Positions 50,845 through 64,000 of a DNA stretch of 64,000 bases are shown piece after piece. How positions within the stretch are numbered: position 1 is the first letter of the stretch; each line of letters begins with the position of its first letter. The stretch comes from Phyllosticta citribraziliensis. Taxonomy: Eukaryota. The stretch lies in contig NW_027117338.1 of assembly GCF_038025025.1 (NCBI RefSeq), positions 2,604,001 through 2,668,000 of the forward strand. The letters run 5' to 3'. The notes under the pieces were generated by a model, which had not been told where the DNA came from, searched no databases, and saw only the letters and a list, made by a program, of their open reading frames with translations. The translations under genes and the position numbers were made by a program.

Positions 50845-51586
50845 ATGCACAAATACCAGTCTCGTGGTGATGAGACCACTGGCTTGAGCGAGTGGAAGAA
50901 GCGGGCGCCGTACAGAATCCACGAACCAAACGAACACTTCGAGGTCAAGTACGAGGCCAACTGCCACTGCGGCCGCGTCCACTACCAGCTCAATCGCGCC
51001 CAACCTCTCGACTCGAAGCTGTGCCATTGCACCACTTGTCAGACTCAGCACGGTACATGTTCACGCGCCTTTCGCGAGGGAGCTTGGGTTGCTAACTTGA
51101 TGCCCGTCCTCAGCTGCTCCCTTCCAATGGGCCGCCATTTTCCACAAGGAAGACATCAACTTTGTCAATGGACACCACGACCTCGAGTGGTACGATCCGA
51201 CCGCCAAGTCTATCGAACACAAGCTCCCGTGCAAAGTCCGCTGCTCCTACTGCCATTCGCCCATCATGGACGAAGGCCGCAACATGATACTTCTGTTTCC
51301 TAGTTTGATACATTTCAAAACGGTCGAGGATAGGCTGAACTTCAAGCCTAGATGCCACATGTTCTACAACCAACGCGTCATCGACGTAGGTAGATCGTGA
51401 TTTACGCGATTGCCGTCGTTCGGGTATGGCTAACATGAGCAGATTCCGGACGGGCTGCCCAAGTGGGATGGCCTCAAAGACGATGGCAATTTGATTGAGG
51501 ACAGTCCGCCCGAATTGATTCGCGAGGTCGAGCGCAAGCGGGAGGAGGAAGGCGAGGAGAGGCTCCAGAAGGGCGAGAATGCATAG
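50845..51586 (+). CDS. GFA/CENP-V (Mss4-like) zinc protein, 3 exons
   Basis: CHCGRV, CHCTTCQ and CSYCHSP zinc ligands; CHMFY...DIPDGLPKW. Introns about 51053-51113 and 51387-51443. Confidence 0.88.
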
Positions 51587-51912
51587 GCGATGATGGGCAC
51601 GAAAGGATTTGGTAGAGTGACGACACTGACGGACACGAAAAGCAAATGTACTGTAGTTGATGAATGAAATGACAAAGTCTCAGTTGGTAGTCTCGGGTCG
51701 GCCAGGTGCGGCGGGGTTAGGGGAGTGAGGGAGGCAGGCAAGGTCCCGCGGGGACCTGAGTGACGCGATGCCGACCGACTGGGCAGTTCCCGGACCCGTC
51801 ACGTCGCGTCCGCCTCGAACTGGTTGCCGCGTGCCAAACACCATCTCCCCGTCCAAGTGACAACTATGGCAGCACGCTCTTTTCCAGGCCTTTCGGACGT
51901 GGCAATCGTGTA

Positions 51913-54900
51913 ATGGCAAGGCCGGCGAAGCCCAAGTCCATCAAGCGACCGCGCGACTATTCACCATCTCCATCAACAACATCGCCCAAACGACAGAAAC
52001 GACGGGGCCGAGGTAGACCACCCAAACGCGTCGATCCCTCCACTGCCCCAGACAAATTCTTTCCCGCGAGGGCCATACTCGACGAGGATACGTTCGCCAG
52101 GAAGTACTTGGTCGATTGGGAAGGCTTGGACCCTACCACCGGCGAGCCTTTTGAACCAACCTGGGAACACTACGAATTCTGCACCGAGGACTTGATCGAC
52201 GAGTGGGAGCAGCAACAATATCAAGCCGAGCATCTTCATTCTGGCACCGACAGCGACCAGGAAAGCCTCTGTGCGCCCAGCTCTCAAGGGCCCATCCGTT
52301 TTCAGAGGAACCGCATCAACAGACTGAGCTCGAGCTCGAGCCCACCTTTATCCGAGCCCCCGGACGTGATCCCCGTCGGAAGAAGCCCCGTAGTCATCCC
52401 CTCTCGTTTGACAACATCTCAACTGCTCGAATACCAATATATCTCGTCTCAAGAGCTGAGTGCTCTGTGTGTTCCAGAATCCTCTCAATTGAACGGCTCT
52501 GGCAAAAGCATCGGCCATCAAAGCCAGGCGGGCGACGTCTTCCATAGCACCTGTGGTACTCAAGCATCCTCTACTGTCTGGGAAACGCCAGCCAGGCCTC
52601 GCCGCTTCAGTACAACTGCCTTCGTCTCCGACTCACAGTCTTGGGGCGTACCGTCCGACCACATACCATCAACTCAACCAAGTCTTGGTGACGTAGGCAC
52701 TGCAGACAGGGTAAGTAATCAAAGTGATATTCGGATTCATCGAATGGTCCTGCACAGGACCAGCCGGCTCTTCATGTCCTATGTTCACCTTTTGCCCTCG
52801 GCACTCCATGCTCTCCGCTTTTGACTCTGTTTCCTGCCTTGCTTGCATCCAAACCCGACCCACACAGAGTTGGCAGCACCCGAGCTAATCAGCTTACAGA
52901 GGACAACATCGGGCTCACAGCTTAGTTGTCCCTTTGCCGCAGCCGACTCTGGACACTCTCTTCAGCATTGCTTGTTGAATTCGTCAGCTGTCATTCCCGA
53001 AACTCAACTCTTGGCCACAACTCAAGAATCCAACGCTTTGGTATCGTCTGGCTCCAAGGCAGCGCCCTCACCTGGCCTCCCATCTACTCAAAAAGACATC
53101 CAAGACTTTGCTGGGCGACCGTCGAATACTGAGGAAGCCTCAGCGGCAGCCCGTGGAATTTCAACCGTTGGACGACATTCTGAAAACGACGAACGCCAAC
53201 TTCAACAAGACACCATTAGCAGCTCACACACATTTGGACCAGTTTCACCCTTGGTAACTTCTGTCCAAGATCAGAGGAACAACCAAAGGTCCACGGCTCC
53301 GGTCGTCTTTCCTGACGTCAACCTCGAGGGTTCTACCGAAAGGCACATTCTAGTCTCATCGCCCACACTCGACAGCACTGATACGCGATCACAGCCTCAT
53401 CTTAGTCTTGATTTCCAGAACGAGGGCTGGTGCCAAACTACTGGAGCTTCTCAGCGGGAACTTGGTGGAACATTCACTCAACGGCCTACTTACGCTCAAG
53501 AGCAGATTCCGGCAATAAAGGGCTGCCAATCTGGGAAGGTCACTCACCAAGCCCATCAAACGCCGACTCTGTCCAATATAAACAAGTCGGACAAACTTCG
53601 TGGAGTTGGGAGGTCTTGCGCGAGTTCTTGTGCAACGGCCTCGCAAAAGCCCGAGGGAACTCCGAGGCCTAATCCCTCGGTCACCAACCTTACCCAGTCC
53701 TCAGAAATCGAGACACGCTTCTCAACATTTGAACCCGAGGTCGACTTGAACGATCCGCGCCCATCATTGATTGCCCCTTCTGTGACAGAACTGCCTGGCA
53801 CTTTCCCATCAATTCTCTACGACCCAACGCCCCCTCTTCAACAAAGCCGCTCGGACTTGGAGACCTACGCCACAAGCCTGCCCCATTCAGGCGCACAAGC
53901 TTCTCCATCAACTATTGCTCTGACAGAAAGCATAATTCCGAAAGCCTCGCCAAGCTCCTCTCTCAGGCGCTCTCAGTACCTTTCAGGTGTTCAAAGCCAC
54001 CAGGCCATTCCAGAGGATAGCGCCAGCCAAAGGAACCCAATTCCATCGACGATATCGCGACGGGCTAGAAGCCTGACTAGGTCGGCAGATCCTTGGAACG
54101 AGTCATCAGTCTTCTCTTCTGGGTTGGAGCTTATCCGACGAAGAACTTTGAACGGATTCGGGGACAGACCGTCACAAAGTCGCCTCTCAACAAACAGATC
54201 TGCATCTTATTCAGCAATCATGAGTTGTTCACCCTCTCGCCCTTCTGCACAAGAAGGGCAGGGTATTCTAGACTCGCGTGATATTGACACGACACAGTCT
54301 GAATCCACACATCAGCATGATTCAACTGGAGATACAGACATGCCAGATGTTGAAGGTGCAATGCCAACCGGAGATGATGGCTGCGAAGACGGTGATCTCG
54401 AAGCGTTGGTAGCCACGCCCTACACTGCTCAACGAGAGTATCTAGTCGGCCTCTCGATGGAAGGTGTCCAAGGAAACCAGTACAGGACCACAATGAACTT
54501 TGAGAGCAAGAAAATCGTCGCATTTACCGAAGGCGACAGCCAAGAGGCGGAGTCTATGGCAAAAGAGGCAGAGCAGCTTCTCACGGATGTACGCAACATC
54601 CTCACTCACGTCGACCTTCACTTCCGATCCGCCGATGCTCTGACCCAGCACGAGAACTCGGATACCGAAGCAGCAGAGTGGTCCAAGAATGCAGCTGCGA
54701 AGTTCCGATTTCTGGGACATCTGTTTGAGCGCCTCCGCTGGGAGCAACGGCATATCGTGCTGATTTCGAGACCCGGTGAGATCCAAAATATAGTGGAGAC
54801 TTTTGTCAGAGGCAGCAAGATCCAGTACGCTGCTGACAACAGTGGCGACGATGACCTGGCTGGATTCAAGATCCAGGCCGACTGGCCACATGGGAAGCTG

Positions 54901-56354
54901 CTTGTCACAATCCTGAACTCCGAGTCTGACGTCTCTGAGCACGACTCCGCGGACCTCATGATTTCGCTCGATCCCACTTTGGATTTGGACACGTTTCCAA
55001 TTTTGCGCATCAGGGAAGCAATGAATTCCTCCTTAGTACTTCCCGTCATCACACCCATCATCACGAATTCTCTGGAACACATCGATCGCTGCATCCCACC
55101 GACAATCAAGGGCGTCCGTCGTATGCAGCTTCTGGTGAGATTCATGGCGGAGTTAAGAAACCGAGCTGGACGCGTCGATGAAGGTTCAATGGTCGACCGT
55201 GCTGCAGAAGCTGTCGCGCAAGCCCTGGTCGCAGAGGAAGCGACTGACGAGGAGGGAAGGAAGGGTTTTGATGTCTTGACTACTGTCGGTTCGGTTGCGG
55301 ACCTTGTTAATACCCAGGGCGGCTCTATATCGCCGCTGTCCATCTCTTCTGCGAATCCTCAAAGCACCTCGGAGACCCCGGGGCCTTCTAAGAGGCAGTT
55401 GGTAAGTTTAATACATGGTGATGCCAAGTCAACTACTAACACAGCCTCAGGAGGATGGAGACGAGGGGCCTGCAAAGCGCGTGAAAACGTGAGTCATTCT
55501 GAGAGAAATTGAATTGGTTTCCTTCGCAATGGCGCAAAGATACTGACGCCAGCTGTAGGGACGAGACCAAGTCCAACATGAAGTCAAAGCATCAGTCTCT
55601 CCGTGAAGACCTGGCGTACACAAAACATCGCCTTGAGGAATTCGAAAGAGCACTGGAAGAGTGTCAAGCGACGAATGAGGATCAGAAGGACGTCATCCTG
55701 GGCCTCCGTCAAGAGCTTTCGGACAACAAGGCCGAGGTCGCCAAGGCGTCGGAACGCATCGAGAAGCAAACCGACATCATCTCCAAACTCAAAGAAGATA
55801 AGGTCACTCTCGAGGAATCGCTCGCCGAGGCCCGCACCGCCCTCGAAACTTCCGCCATCCCGGAGATCGCGCAGCAAGAGCGCGTGCGGCGGGAGCGCGA
55901 TGAAGCCCTCAAGAGCGTGGAGAAGCTCAAACGCGCGCAGGAGAATCAGAGCCGGGAAATGGACTTTATCCGCGAGCAGTACCAGTCGGCGTCGAGCTCG
56001 GCGGCCGAGTGCTCGGCCGAGAAGAACAGTCTCACGCAGCGAGTGCGCGACCTGGAGCGCATGGTTGCCAGCGAGGTGGAGCGGGCCAAAAAGCTCAGTA
56101 TGAGCTCGGCCAACAAGGCCTGGCGAGACGAGGTCGATAAGCTGCAGGCGCAGCTCAGAGACCGCGACGACATGATTCGGCGCCAGAGTGAGGAACTCAA
56201 GACTATGCGGCCCAGGCAAGGCGTGGGGACCCGTGCGGGTAGTGTCCCTAGGAGCCCGAGGATCATGGGTGGTGGTCCGGGAAGTCGAGGCGGTAGCCCT
56301 GCGCCGAGTGGGCTTGGTGGAAGGGTCGAGAGGCTGAGGAACCTGAATGCGTGA
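51913..56354 (+). CDS. Chromatin protein: AT-hook, chromodomain, disordered linker, HDA2/3-like domain and coiled coil, about 4 exons
   Basis: RGRGRPPK; AILDE...KYLVDWEG...EPTWE...DLIDEWE; REYLVGLSM...THVDL...AKFRFLGHLF; heptad-rich C-terminus. Introns 52711-52899, 55402-55450, 55489-55558. Confidence 0.78.
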
Positions 56355-56870
56355 GGTGTGATAGACAAGGTTCGGGTTCCATTCAGGAGGAGTTGACTGG
56401 GTCGTTTGCTTGCATTCGCCGCGCTTGGAGGGTAGGCACCGAACTCACATGCAGCAGAATGGCGATTGGGAAACTAGATTCTAGGGCGTTGGCCGCTTTG
56501 CTATCGGAAATGGAGTACCTTTGGCGCTTCCATATCACTTTTCGGATATTCTTCCTTTGCCGCACCACATTCTGTACGACGCAGAATCCATGCATCCGTT
56601 CATTAGCTCATCTGTCATAGTGGGTGTCGGAAGAGATCAGACTCCCACAGTCTAGCTGCGGCGATGAAGGACTGCTTCTTCAGCATAAACATAGAGGTAC
56701 ATAAATGCTCCCTGAGCACGTGCGTCACAGCGAATGAATGCCCCTTAAGGGCAATCATGGAATTGAATGAATGCTCCCTAGGACGCACTTATATTGCCCG
56801 GAGGTCTAATTTCTTTTTTCGACACCCACTGTGCTCTCTATTCTAAGCCACCGCCCTCCAACAGCGCCAC

Positions 56871-57626
56871 CTAAAACGTCTTAAGAGGTGCGGGAGCCTC
56901 CTTCATCAAGGTAGGGACCACACCCATCGTCTCGCCGCTCTCCGCCTTTTCAATGGTAGCTTTGTACGCAGGCCTCTCACCGACACGCGCCAAAAAGGCC
57001 AGGATACCGTCGTAGCCCTCGAGAGAAAACGGGCAAAACAGGCGCATGGTAGTAACGTCAAACGCACACATGATGTCAGCGGCCGTGAACTCGTCGCCAG
57101 CCAACCAGGTGCTCTGGCGCAGGCGGTCGTCGAGCATCTTGAGCGCCAGGTCGACGCGGGCCTGGAGGGCCTGGACGATGGGGTTTTCGGACGCGACGAC
57201 GCCGGCGAAGCGCATGAACATGGGCGTCTGGATCGTCGGCTGCAGCGTGCCAATGCCCCAGTGGAACCAGAAGATGTAGTCGGTGTAGTTGGGCGCGCTG
57301 GGCGGGACCGACAGCCGCCCCGATGCGTGCTTCGTCATGAGGTACTCCATGATGGCGGCCGACTCGGACATGCAGAGCGCTCCGTCTTGCATCACGGGCG
57401 CGGTGCCGGCTGGGGAACTGCGCGTTGAATTGCCCTCTTAGCTGTCGTTGTTCGGTTTTCATCATCGGGGTCGCGTGACGAACATGGCTTTCAGTTCCGG
57501 CGGCGCAAGGAGCGTTTGTCTGTCGCGCTGGTAGATTTTGAGTTCGTATGGGACACCGAGCTCTTCGGCGAGCCATACTACTCGCTCGGATTGCGATCTC
57601 TGCAGGTGGTGGATGGTGATGGTCAT
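56871..57626 (-). CDS. Glutathione S-transferase (Gtt1-like), 2 exons
   Basis: MTITIHHLQRSQSERVVWLAEELG...LAPPELKA|ISPAGTAPV...SESAAIMEYL and WLAGDEFTAADIM. Confidence 0.93.
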
Positions 57627-57935
57627 TTTGATGACTGTCGATTGGATTCAAGTTGCGTGATGCACGGGGGCGACTACATGGTGGGCAGTACTGGAATATT
57701 TGTAGTCGGAACAAGGGGGAGCCATGGCCATGAATGCTCCCAGGTCGAATCGGGTGGATGGAGGCGACAAACACCACCAGGCGCGTCATCGACTGCCGGG
57801 TACTTTGTTGCCGAGTCCGTTGTGGGGTTGCTTATGTAAATATGGCCCACATCAGACGAGCTGGACTGCTGGAGATGCCGGTGATAAGTACGGAATAGCG
57901 TAGAAGCTAAGAACGGTCGAGCCCTTTCTCATAGA

Positions 57936-58674
57936 CTAATTCTTGCCCGGGGGAGGTGGTGGAGGAGGACCTGAGGTCTTTGTGGGAGTCCTCTTGAAAA
58001 CGTTGGCAAACGGCGCCAGGAAGACGCGCGCGAACCACGGAGTCGCCCATATGCTGAGCAACAGTCGAGCAGGTAGTAGAGCTTTGGTGATTGCCCAAGC
58101 CGTCCCAATTTCCACGAGGAGCTTCATGGTGCCTCCTCGCGGGGCCAAGTCTCTTTCTCCGCCTTCGTGCCTGAGTTCCTGCTCCGCTTCCGCCTCCGCC
58201 TCTTCCTCGATCCAGCCCTTCTTCCGGAAGTACCGCCCAAAGCGCTCGACGCCCTGCTGGACCCATACACCCTCCGCAAGAGAGGATGGCAGCCAGTTGC
58301 CGTAATGGAAGGTCGCAGCAAGACCGACCAGGGGAACAATGGCCGTTATCTCATGCAGAATGAGAAACGCAGTCACATGAGTGAGGGGAGCTGAGCGAAG
58401 CGGTAGGAGATAGGCCTGAAGTCCCCGGGGCACTGGAAGCGTCGTTTTAGAAGCCACATTTCACGCATGATGATTTTAACAGCTCACAATGATGTTTGCG
58501 AGTGGATGGAGATGACTTACGGCGGGAGATGATACGATCCAGGCGCGACTGCTTACGCGCGGCCGCGGATGCGGATGCGGACTCTGACGGTTTCGTGGAA
58601 TGTGCGCATCGCTGCCGCAGAGAATTTCGAATTGGTCGCAAGTTTCGCAATGGGGAAAGCTTCGACTTCAGCAT
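57936..58674 (-). CDS. MRX11: Mitochondrial FLILHELTA-family (Mrx11-like) protein, 2 exons
   Basis: Presequence-like N-terminus; signature AFLILHEITAIVPL; AWAITKALLPAR. Confidence 0.82.
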
Positions 58675-58978
58675 TTTTGTTTGTGTTGTGGAAAAGTACA
58701 TGGACGAAGCAGGCTGATGCTTGTGTTTTGGCCGCAAAGGGAGGGGGCGTCTTGGCAGCTCGCCGGCAAAAAAACACCTCAGCACTAAGCCCCCTCGCCC
58801 CCCCTACTCCCCAAGTTTCTAAGCCAAATTTACATGCCATTCTGCTTCCTCGCCTCGAATACGTCCCCATGCTATGCGACCTAGTAATGAACTGGGGCAT
58901 GGGGCATTGTTCGCTGACATGAGAGCAGGCAAACTGCTAACCCGGCGCCATCAAACCTTCAAATCAAATTTTGCCGCC

Positions 58979-61134
58979 TCATTCCTCCAGCAGCAAGTTC
59001 CAAAGCGCTTCAGGGTCAATGTAATCGTGGTGGATTACATTGACCAGCCAGTAATCGTCGAGAATGTGCTTCAACAGCTGTGCCGTAGCCGAACGTGGCG
59101 GGTAGATGTGTCGCCACTCCCTCCAAATGCCAAAGGCTTCTTCAAGCCATGCCTTGAAGGACACAGCCTCTATTATCGTTGGCGTCACGATTTCCTTGCC
59201 CGCAAACGAGCCCCAGGTGACGGGATTGACAGACTCCGTGTCCGACGCCGCAAAATCACCTGCGTAGTTCCCTGCAAAATAGCTTACGTCTGAATGTTGA
59301 TCCAACTTGGCTTGCAGCTTCTGCCAGTCTGCATTGGGAAGGAAAAACTCCACAAAAGGCTAGAAACAGTCAGCGTGATAAGATTTAGAATACGTGTGAG
59401 CATCGCACCTTTTGAAAGACGTATCCATTCTTCGGTCCCCAGCCATATACGGGATCTGTGCTCTTGACGCCGTTCACGGCCGGCTGACTAGCCACGGACC
59501 ACCATCCTTTGCCGATGAGCTTCAGGAGCTGATCTCGGATGGTGTTGGTCTCTTCGTTGAGGTCTTCTTCGCTCCATGGAATCGCCTCCAGTTCGCCGGT
59601 GATGTGGCGCCGGAAGATTTCAGAAATGTCCTCGGACGAGACGGGATACTTCCACAGCTTGATGGCTTGCGGGATGGAGACATGCAACGACACGCCGTAG
59701 CCGTCAATTTCACCGTAAGCTGTCAATGTGTTAGCAAGCTGTGGCACACGCGCAGAATGTGCCGCTCTCATGGTTCTGTCAAGAATTACCTGGCGATCTC
59801 GCATCTCCCCATCTTCCGTTGGGAAAGTCGTCCCACGTTGCCTCACGGCCCAAAGAGCCCTCCCCTTCAGAGATAGCAAGGGTGTTAGCCCTTGTCATGA
59901 CCTTGTCTTGGGGAATGCCAGCTTCGTCTTCCAGGGCCTCGTAGCTCTTGTTGCTGGACATGGACGCCCGTTCCACCACCACCCGGTTGTGAGGCGTCGA
60001 GTTGGCCGAGGAGAGTTTTCTTCTGTGCTCCTGCTGCACTCGCAGCGAATCAGGCGGCGAATCTCCATTCGGCGCAATGTCTTCAAGAGTGATTGCCTCT
60101 TCGACGTCCTTTTCGGGAGTCGAAGGAGGTATCAACTGGCATCGCTCAACAACATGTGCCACGGCCTTTTCCAGATTCAGCGTATAGAAATGAAATCCTC
60201 TGCGGCCTGTCGAATCTTTTTCCCGAATAGCTCCAATGATTTCGCTAATGATGTCGACACCGACACTCTTCACAGCCTCATCGTCGCCCTTCACTTGGTC
60301 CAGGCGCGAAAGCATGTCGGGTGGAAGTTTGGCGTGGCTCAATTTGGTGGTGCGCCTCAAAATCTGGTAGCTTTGGATTGGCATGAGACCAGGGATTATG
60401 GGAATGGTTTTGAAGACGCCCGAAGGGTGGCTGCGTAGCGTCTCTTCGAAGCGCTCATAGGCATGAACATCGAAGAAGAGTTGAGTCATGATGAAGTCGG
60501 CGCCAGCCCTTGTCTTCTCTACCAGATAAGGAAGATCGAAGTTGGGATCCTGGTGCTCTGGATGCGACTGGTCCGAGTGACCTTCTGGGTATGCCGCGAC
60601 ACCAATGCAAAAGTAATCCCCGTACTGTTTGCGAATGTACCTGACCAAGTCAATGGCCCAGACAAAGTCGTTGTTGGAGTCGTTGACCGCGTCGACCTTT
60701 TCCGCCTGTCCACCTTCGCGATATTCTTCACTCCTCGGAGGGTCGCCGCGCAGGGCTAGAATGTTGCGAATTCCCAAGGCTTTGGCCTGCTCGAGTGCCT
60801 CGTCTACTAATGAGCGACTCATGTTTGTGCAGGTAAGATGCAGGCATGTCGTGAGGTTCAGTTGGCGCTGGCATATTTCGGCGAGTTCGAGAGACTTGGA
60901 AGCAGTGCTACCGCCAGCACCCCAGGTGACGGTCACGAAGAGCGGTCGCAGCGCCGTTGCCATGCGCTCAAGGCGGGTTTGGAGATTGGCGAAGCCCTTG
61001 GAGGTGGGTTAGCTGAGCAGGCGGACAACGGGTGACGGGCAGCAAACCATCTGGGTCTTCGGCGGGAAGAACTCGAGAGAAAAGTAGTTGGCATCTTTGG
61101 ACAAGGCATTGATCTTGTCTGTGATCTTGTCCAT
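58979..61134 (-). CDS. MET12: Methylenetetrahydrofolate reductase (Met12-type paralog), 4 exons
   Basis: FSLEFFPPKT, FVTVTWGAGG, CLHLTCTN, NILALRGDPP, FIMTQLFFD, HFYTLNLE, WDDFPNGRWGDARSPAYG and NPVTWGSF. Confidence 0.93.
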
Positions 61135-61447
61135 GACGGGATTGTACCAGTCCGATGCTGGTGTCGTTGGAGCAGTCGGGCCATCGCGGTGGGTGGTGTT
61201 CTATTTCTCGGGGCGGCGGCGTGGGGCTCTCGCCGCCGACAATCATTGACAATCGGATGCCGTGCTAGTGACGAATCGTCCCTCGGCACTGCTACAAGCT
61301 CTTTATTGCCGACCGCATGCAAAACAACAATGGTTTTTTTTTTCTCTCTAATGACGAGATGATGTGTCTAGCCTAGTACACGCGCGTTGCCTTTTCCCTT
61401 TTTTTGCATGTCCGCGTTCCAATGCGGTGCCAATCAAGCTCCCAGCC

Positions 61448-62538
61448 CTACGAGGCCTGTCCGGAGCCTCCCCGACTTGCGTCCTTTTGTCTGTACAGGA
61501 AATATTGAACAAAAACGCCAGCATCGAGCAGCAAAGTGCCAAAGCTGCCCAGCAGCCAGCTCAGATTTACAAGAATGTATCTGCTGTAAATGCTCCCCGC
61601 TTCTCCTGGCAGACATTGCCCATTGTTTCCGCGGCAGTGCGGCTCATAGGCAAGAATCGAGATGACATAAGTCAAATTTCCAAGACAAGCAAATATGAAG
61701 AAGAGCATGCTAATGCCATCGGTGCTCTGGCGTTTGTAGTTGAGGTACAGCTGTGGCAAGCGGGACCCAAGATACAAAACGCAGCAGATGTAACCACCGA
61801 TCTGACCTGGAATGTTGAAGTGCAGCGTGTCCGAGTCGTTGGCAGCGGTGCCGCTTGATTGCGGTTTATAAGTGAAATACCAGCCCAGGAAGCCAGCGAG
61901 GCAGACCAAAACGACAGCCGCCAAATTGAAAAGCACAGCTTTTACGGCCGAAGAAGGACCCGACGTAGCGGCAGCCGGCGGCGGATGATCAACAAGAGGC
62001 GTGGCGGGGGAGAGGTGTGTTCCGTCGGTCAGCAGCCGCTCGGTGAAGGAGTGGAATGATGAACGTCGGCCGCCCTCAACATGCTCGATGCCATGTCTCT
62101 CGTCAGAGCGAGGAAGAAGATGCGATGTCTCGGTGGGGTCTCTCGGCGGTTCTTCGTCGTCGCGTTCTTTGACCGTGTCGCTCAGTGTAAAGCCCTTGTA
62201 GTAGAAGCATTGAGCCAGCAAAACGATGTCGGCGAGCGTGTAGTAAACGGCCAAGATGATCTGGGCTTGCGTTAGTCGGCGACTTGGATTGCGCGTCGGC
62301 GAATGAAAATTACCATTGTTGGCAACACGCGTTGCAGGACAGCTCCGATGATGTTGAAGACATCTCCGGCCAGCCAAACCACGATGAAAACCACCGACAG
62401 GCCCTCTGCGGAGCTGCGCCGGAAGTTCTCAATGATTTGGGGCGAAAAGACGACTACCCAGCAGGCAATGGATATCGAGCCCATGATGCCGCTGAGGGCG
62501 GCGACATCGAGAGTGATGGCCTGCGACGGTGGAAACAT
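61448..62538 (-). CDS. PQ-loop vacuolar cationic amino-acid exporter (Ypq-like), 2 exons
   Basis: Two PQ loops: WVVVFSPQIIENFRRSSAEGLS and SRLPQLYLNYKRQSTDGIS. Intron about 62313-62262. Confidence 0.92.
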
Positions 62539-62932
62539 GGTCGGGCGACGAGGGCTCTTGGGCGAGCAGATGAGTCGCGAGTCTAGGGCGGTTGAAAAGA
62601 GCGACGATGCGATGGCGCCCTGGTTGTTGAGAAGTGGGCGCCGAAGGACAAGGTTGGGAGAGGAGTCATCATGTTAACGGCCTTCACTGACCTGACGGCG
62701 CTTGGTTTCTTCAGGCACATGGGTGCCACGGACCGATACCGGCGTCAGACGTCAGACCCTTGGCCATGTACCCCTGACGAAAATCCGGGGTTGGAGCAAG
62801 CCCACAGAGCAGAGCCTCACATGCGCCTGCCGTGCCGTCACACCACAAAACCCTCTAGTCGCTTTATTCTCTAATATGTATTGTTGGAAGATAATTGCAC
62901 CCCCAGATGCCATGGAATCACTCGTCTTGCGT

Positions 62933-64000
62933 CTACAGGTTGTTGTCCTTTTTGAACTTGTCCCATGCCTCGTTCAGCGTCGCGAACACCGACGCGCTGA
63001 TCATCTTTTGCTCGGTTGTCGCATTCTGCGGGATCTGTACACATTGCTGTTAGCTACCTCTCAAAGGCACCGTGTTTCCGAGACTGACCTTATCTGGGTG
63101 GACCTTTGCAATGGCCTTCATGTATACAACCTTGACCTTGTTTGGCATGATCAAGTCTTGCATGCCGACCTTTTTCCATCCGGCATCAGCCCACAAAACG
63201 CTGTCGAGCGAACCAAGCAGTGCCCGCAAATTGTCCGCCTTCCCTCCTTTCCATGCCACGAGCTTGGCCTCCACTTGATCGGATAATGCAAACTTCTCGT
63301 CGTCTTCCTTCTCGGCCGCCTGGTTTGCCTCGCGCAGCTTTTTGACGGCTTGCGCCGAGGCTGCTGTCGAGACTGCCGGTTTCGCACTCCTCGCTGGGGG
63401 CTTCTTGGCCGCCACCGACGGCTTTGGTGTGTTCGTCCTGCTTTGTGGCACACTGCCCTTCCCGGCTGCCTTTTCACAACGATTACGTCCCTGGATGCTG
63501 ACAGCGCCACCGATGCCTGCCTCGACTGCCTCTTTCCACGAGTTGGCGGCCTCGTTCCACTTCTCCATGTGCTCCAGTCCTTCAGCCTTCCTCATCAAGG
63601 CTTTGCCAAAGAATTCCTTCATGTCCTTGTCTGCTTCAGTTCCGCCCATGACGATCTTCTCGTTCTCTCCGCGCGAGGGCCCAATGATGGAAAGAGCGGC
63701 ATCCGCGTCCGCGACTGCCGCTTTGGGGTCACCGACCTTGATGTTTGTCAAAGCGCGATTACAGAGCGCCACGATTCTCGTAGGGTGCGTGGACGGCACC
63801 GGCCCCAGGGCGTCGGAGTAGGCCACAAGTGCCGCGGCATAGTCTCCCCGTTTGAACGCATCTGTACCCTTTTGCCTATGTGATGCAGATGCCGAGAGAG
63901 CCGATGGAGAAATTGCCGGCACTTGGCGCGGCGGTGCTTTTGGGCGCACAGGTGTCGGTGCTCTGACCGCAGACGGAGGCGCAGGCGAGGCCTTGGGCGA
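62933..64000 (-). CDS. SWA2: Auxilin-like clathrin-uncoating co-chaperone (TPR plus J-domain), 5' end outside the window
   Basis: TPR motifs (KGTDAFKRGDY), NLRALLGSL and YMKAIAKVHPDK|IPQ...LNEAWDKF J-domain. Intron about 63088-63035. Confidence 0.9.

Noticed and set aside
56698..56796. CRISPR-like repeat-spacer array
   Set aside because: Eukaryotic context, only three imperfect ~10-15-nt repeats, and no cas genes.
6362..61134. SAM decarboxylase and MTHFR as a methionine/SAM gene cluster
   Set aside because: They are about 51 kb apart with many unrelated genes between them.

Overview
Gene-dense, GC-rich DNA from a filamentous ascomycete (Pezizomycotina): short GT-AG introns with CTRAC/CTAAC branch points, about 25 protein-coding genes, and no transposon, rRNA, complete tRNA or CRISPR that I can support. 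Most genes are housekeeping: CFIm25, SAM decarboxylase, HID1, XPB/Ssl2, eIF4A-III, Prp9, BCS1-like AAA, MFS transporter, Dld2, Pre6, inositol 5-phosphatase, GST, Mrx11, MTHFR, PQ-loop and Swa2. The best candidate for an undescribed system is a 7-kb, four-gene island at 24996-32098. It encodes a secreted type II asparaginase, a Zn2Cys6 regulator, a PLP class-V enzyme lacking the desulfurase cysteine, and an amino-acid permease. These sit as two divergent pairs with clustered GATA sites, a shared CGGAG motif and introns shorter than in the rest of the window, suggesting an acquired nitrogen-scavenging cluster (possibly for D-asparagine or a related amide). Also notable are a structured, nearly AUG-free ~420-nt SAM decarboxylase leader with a 6-codon uORF, an orphan acidic protein built from four tandem-repeat modules, and an AT-hook/chromodomain/HDA2-3-like chromatin protein. 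Exon boundaries were called by hand and products by motif recognition; no database searches were run.
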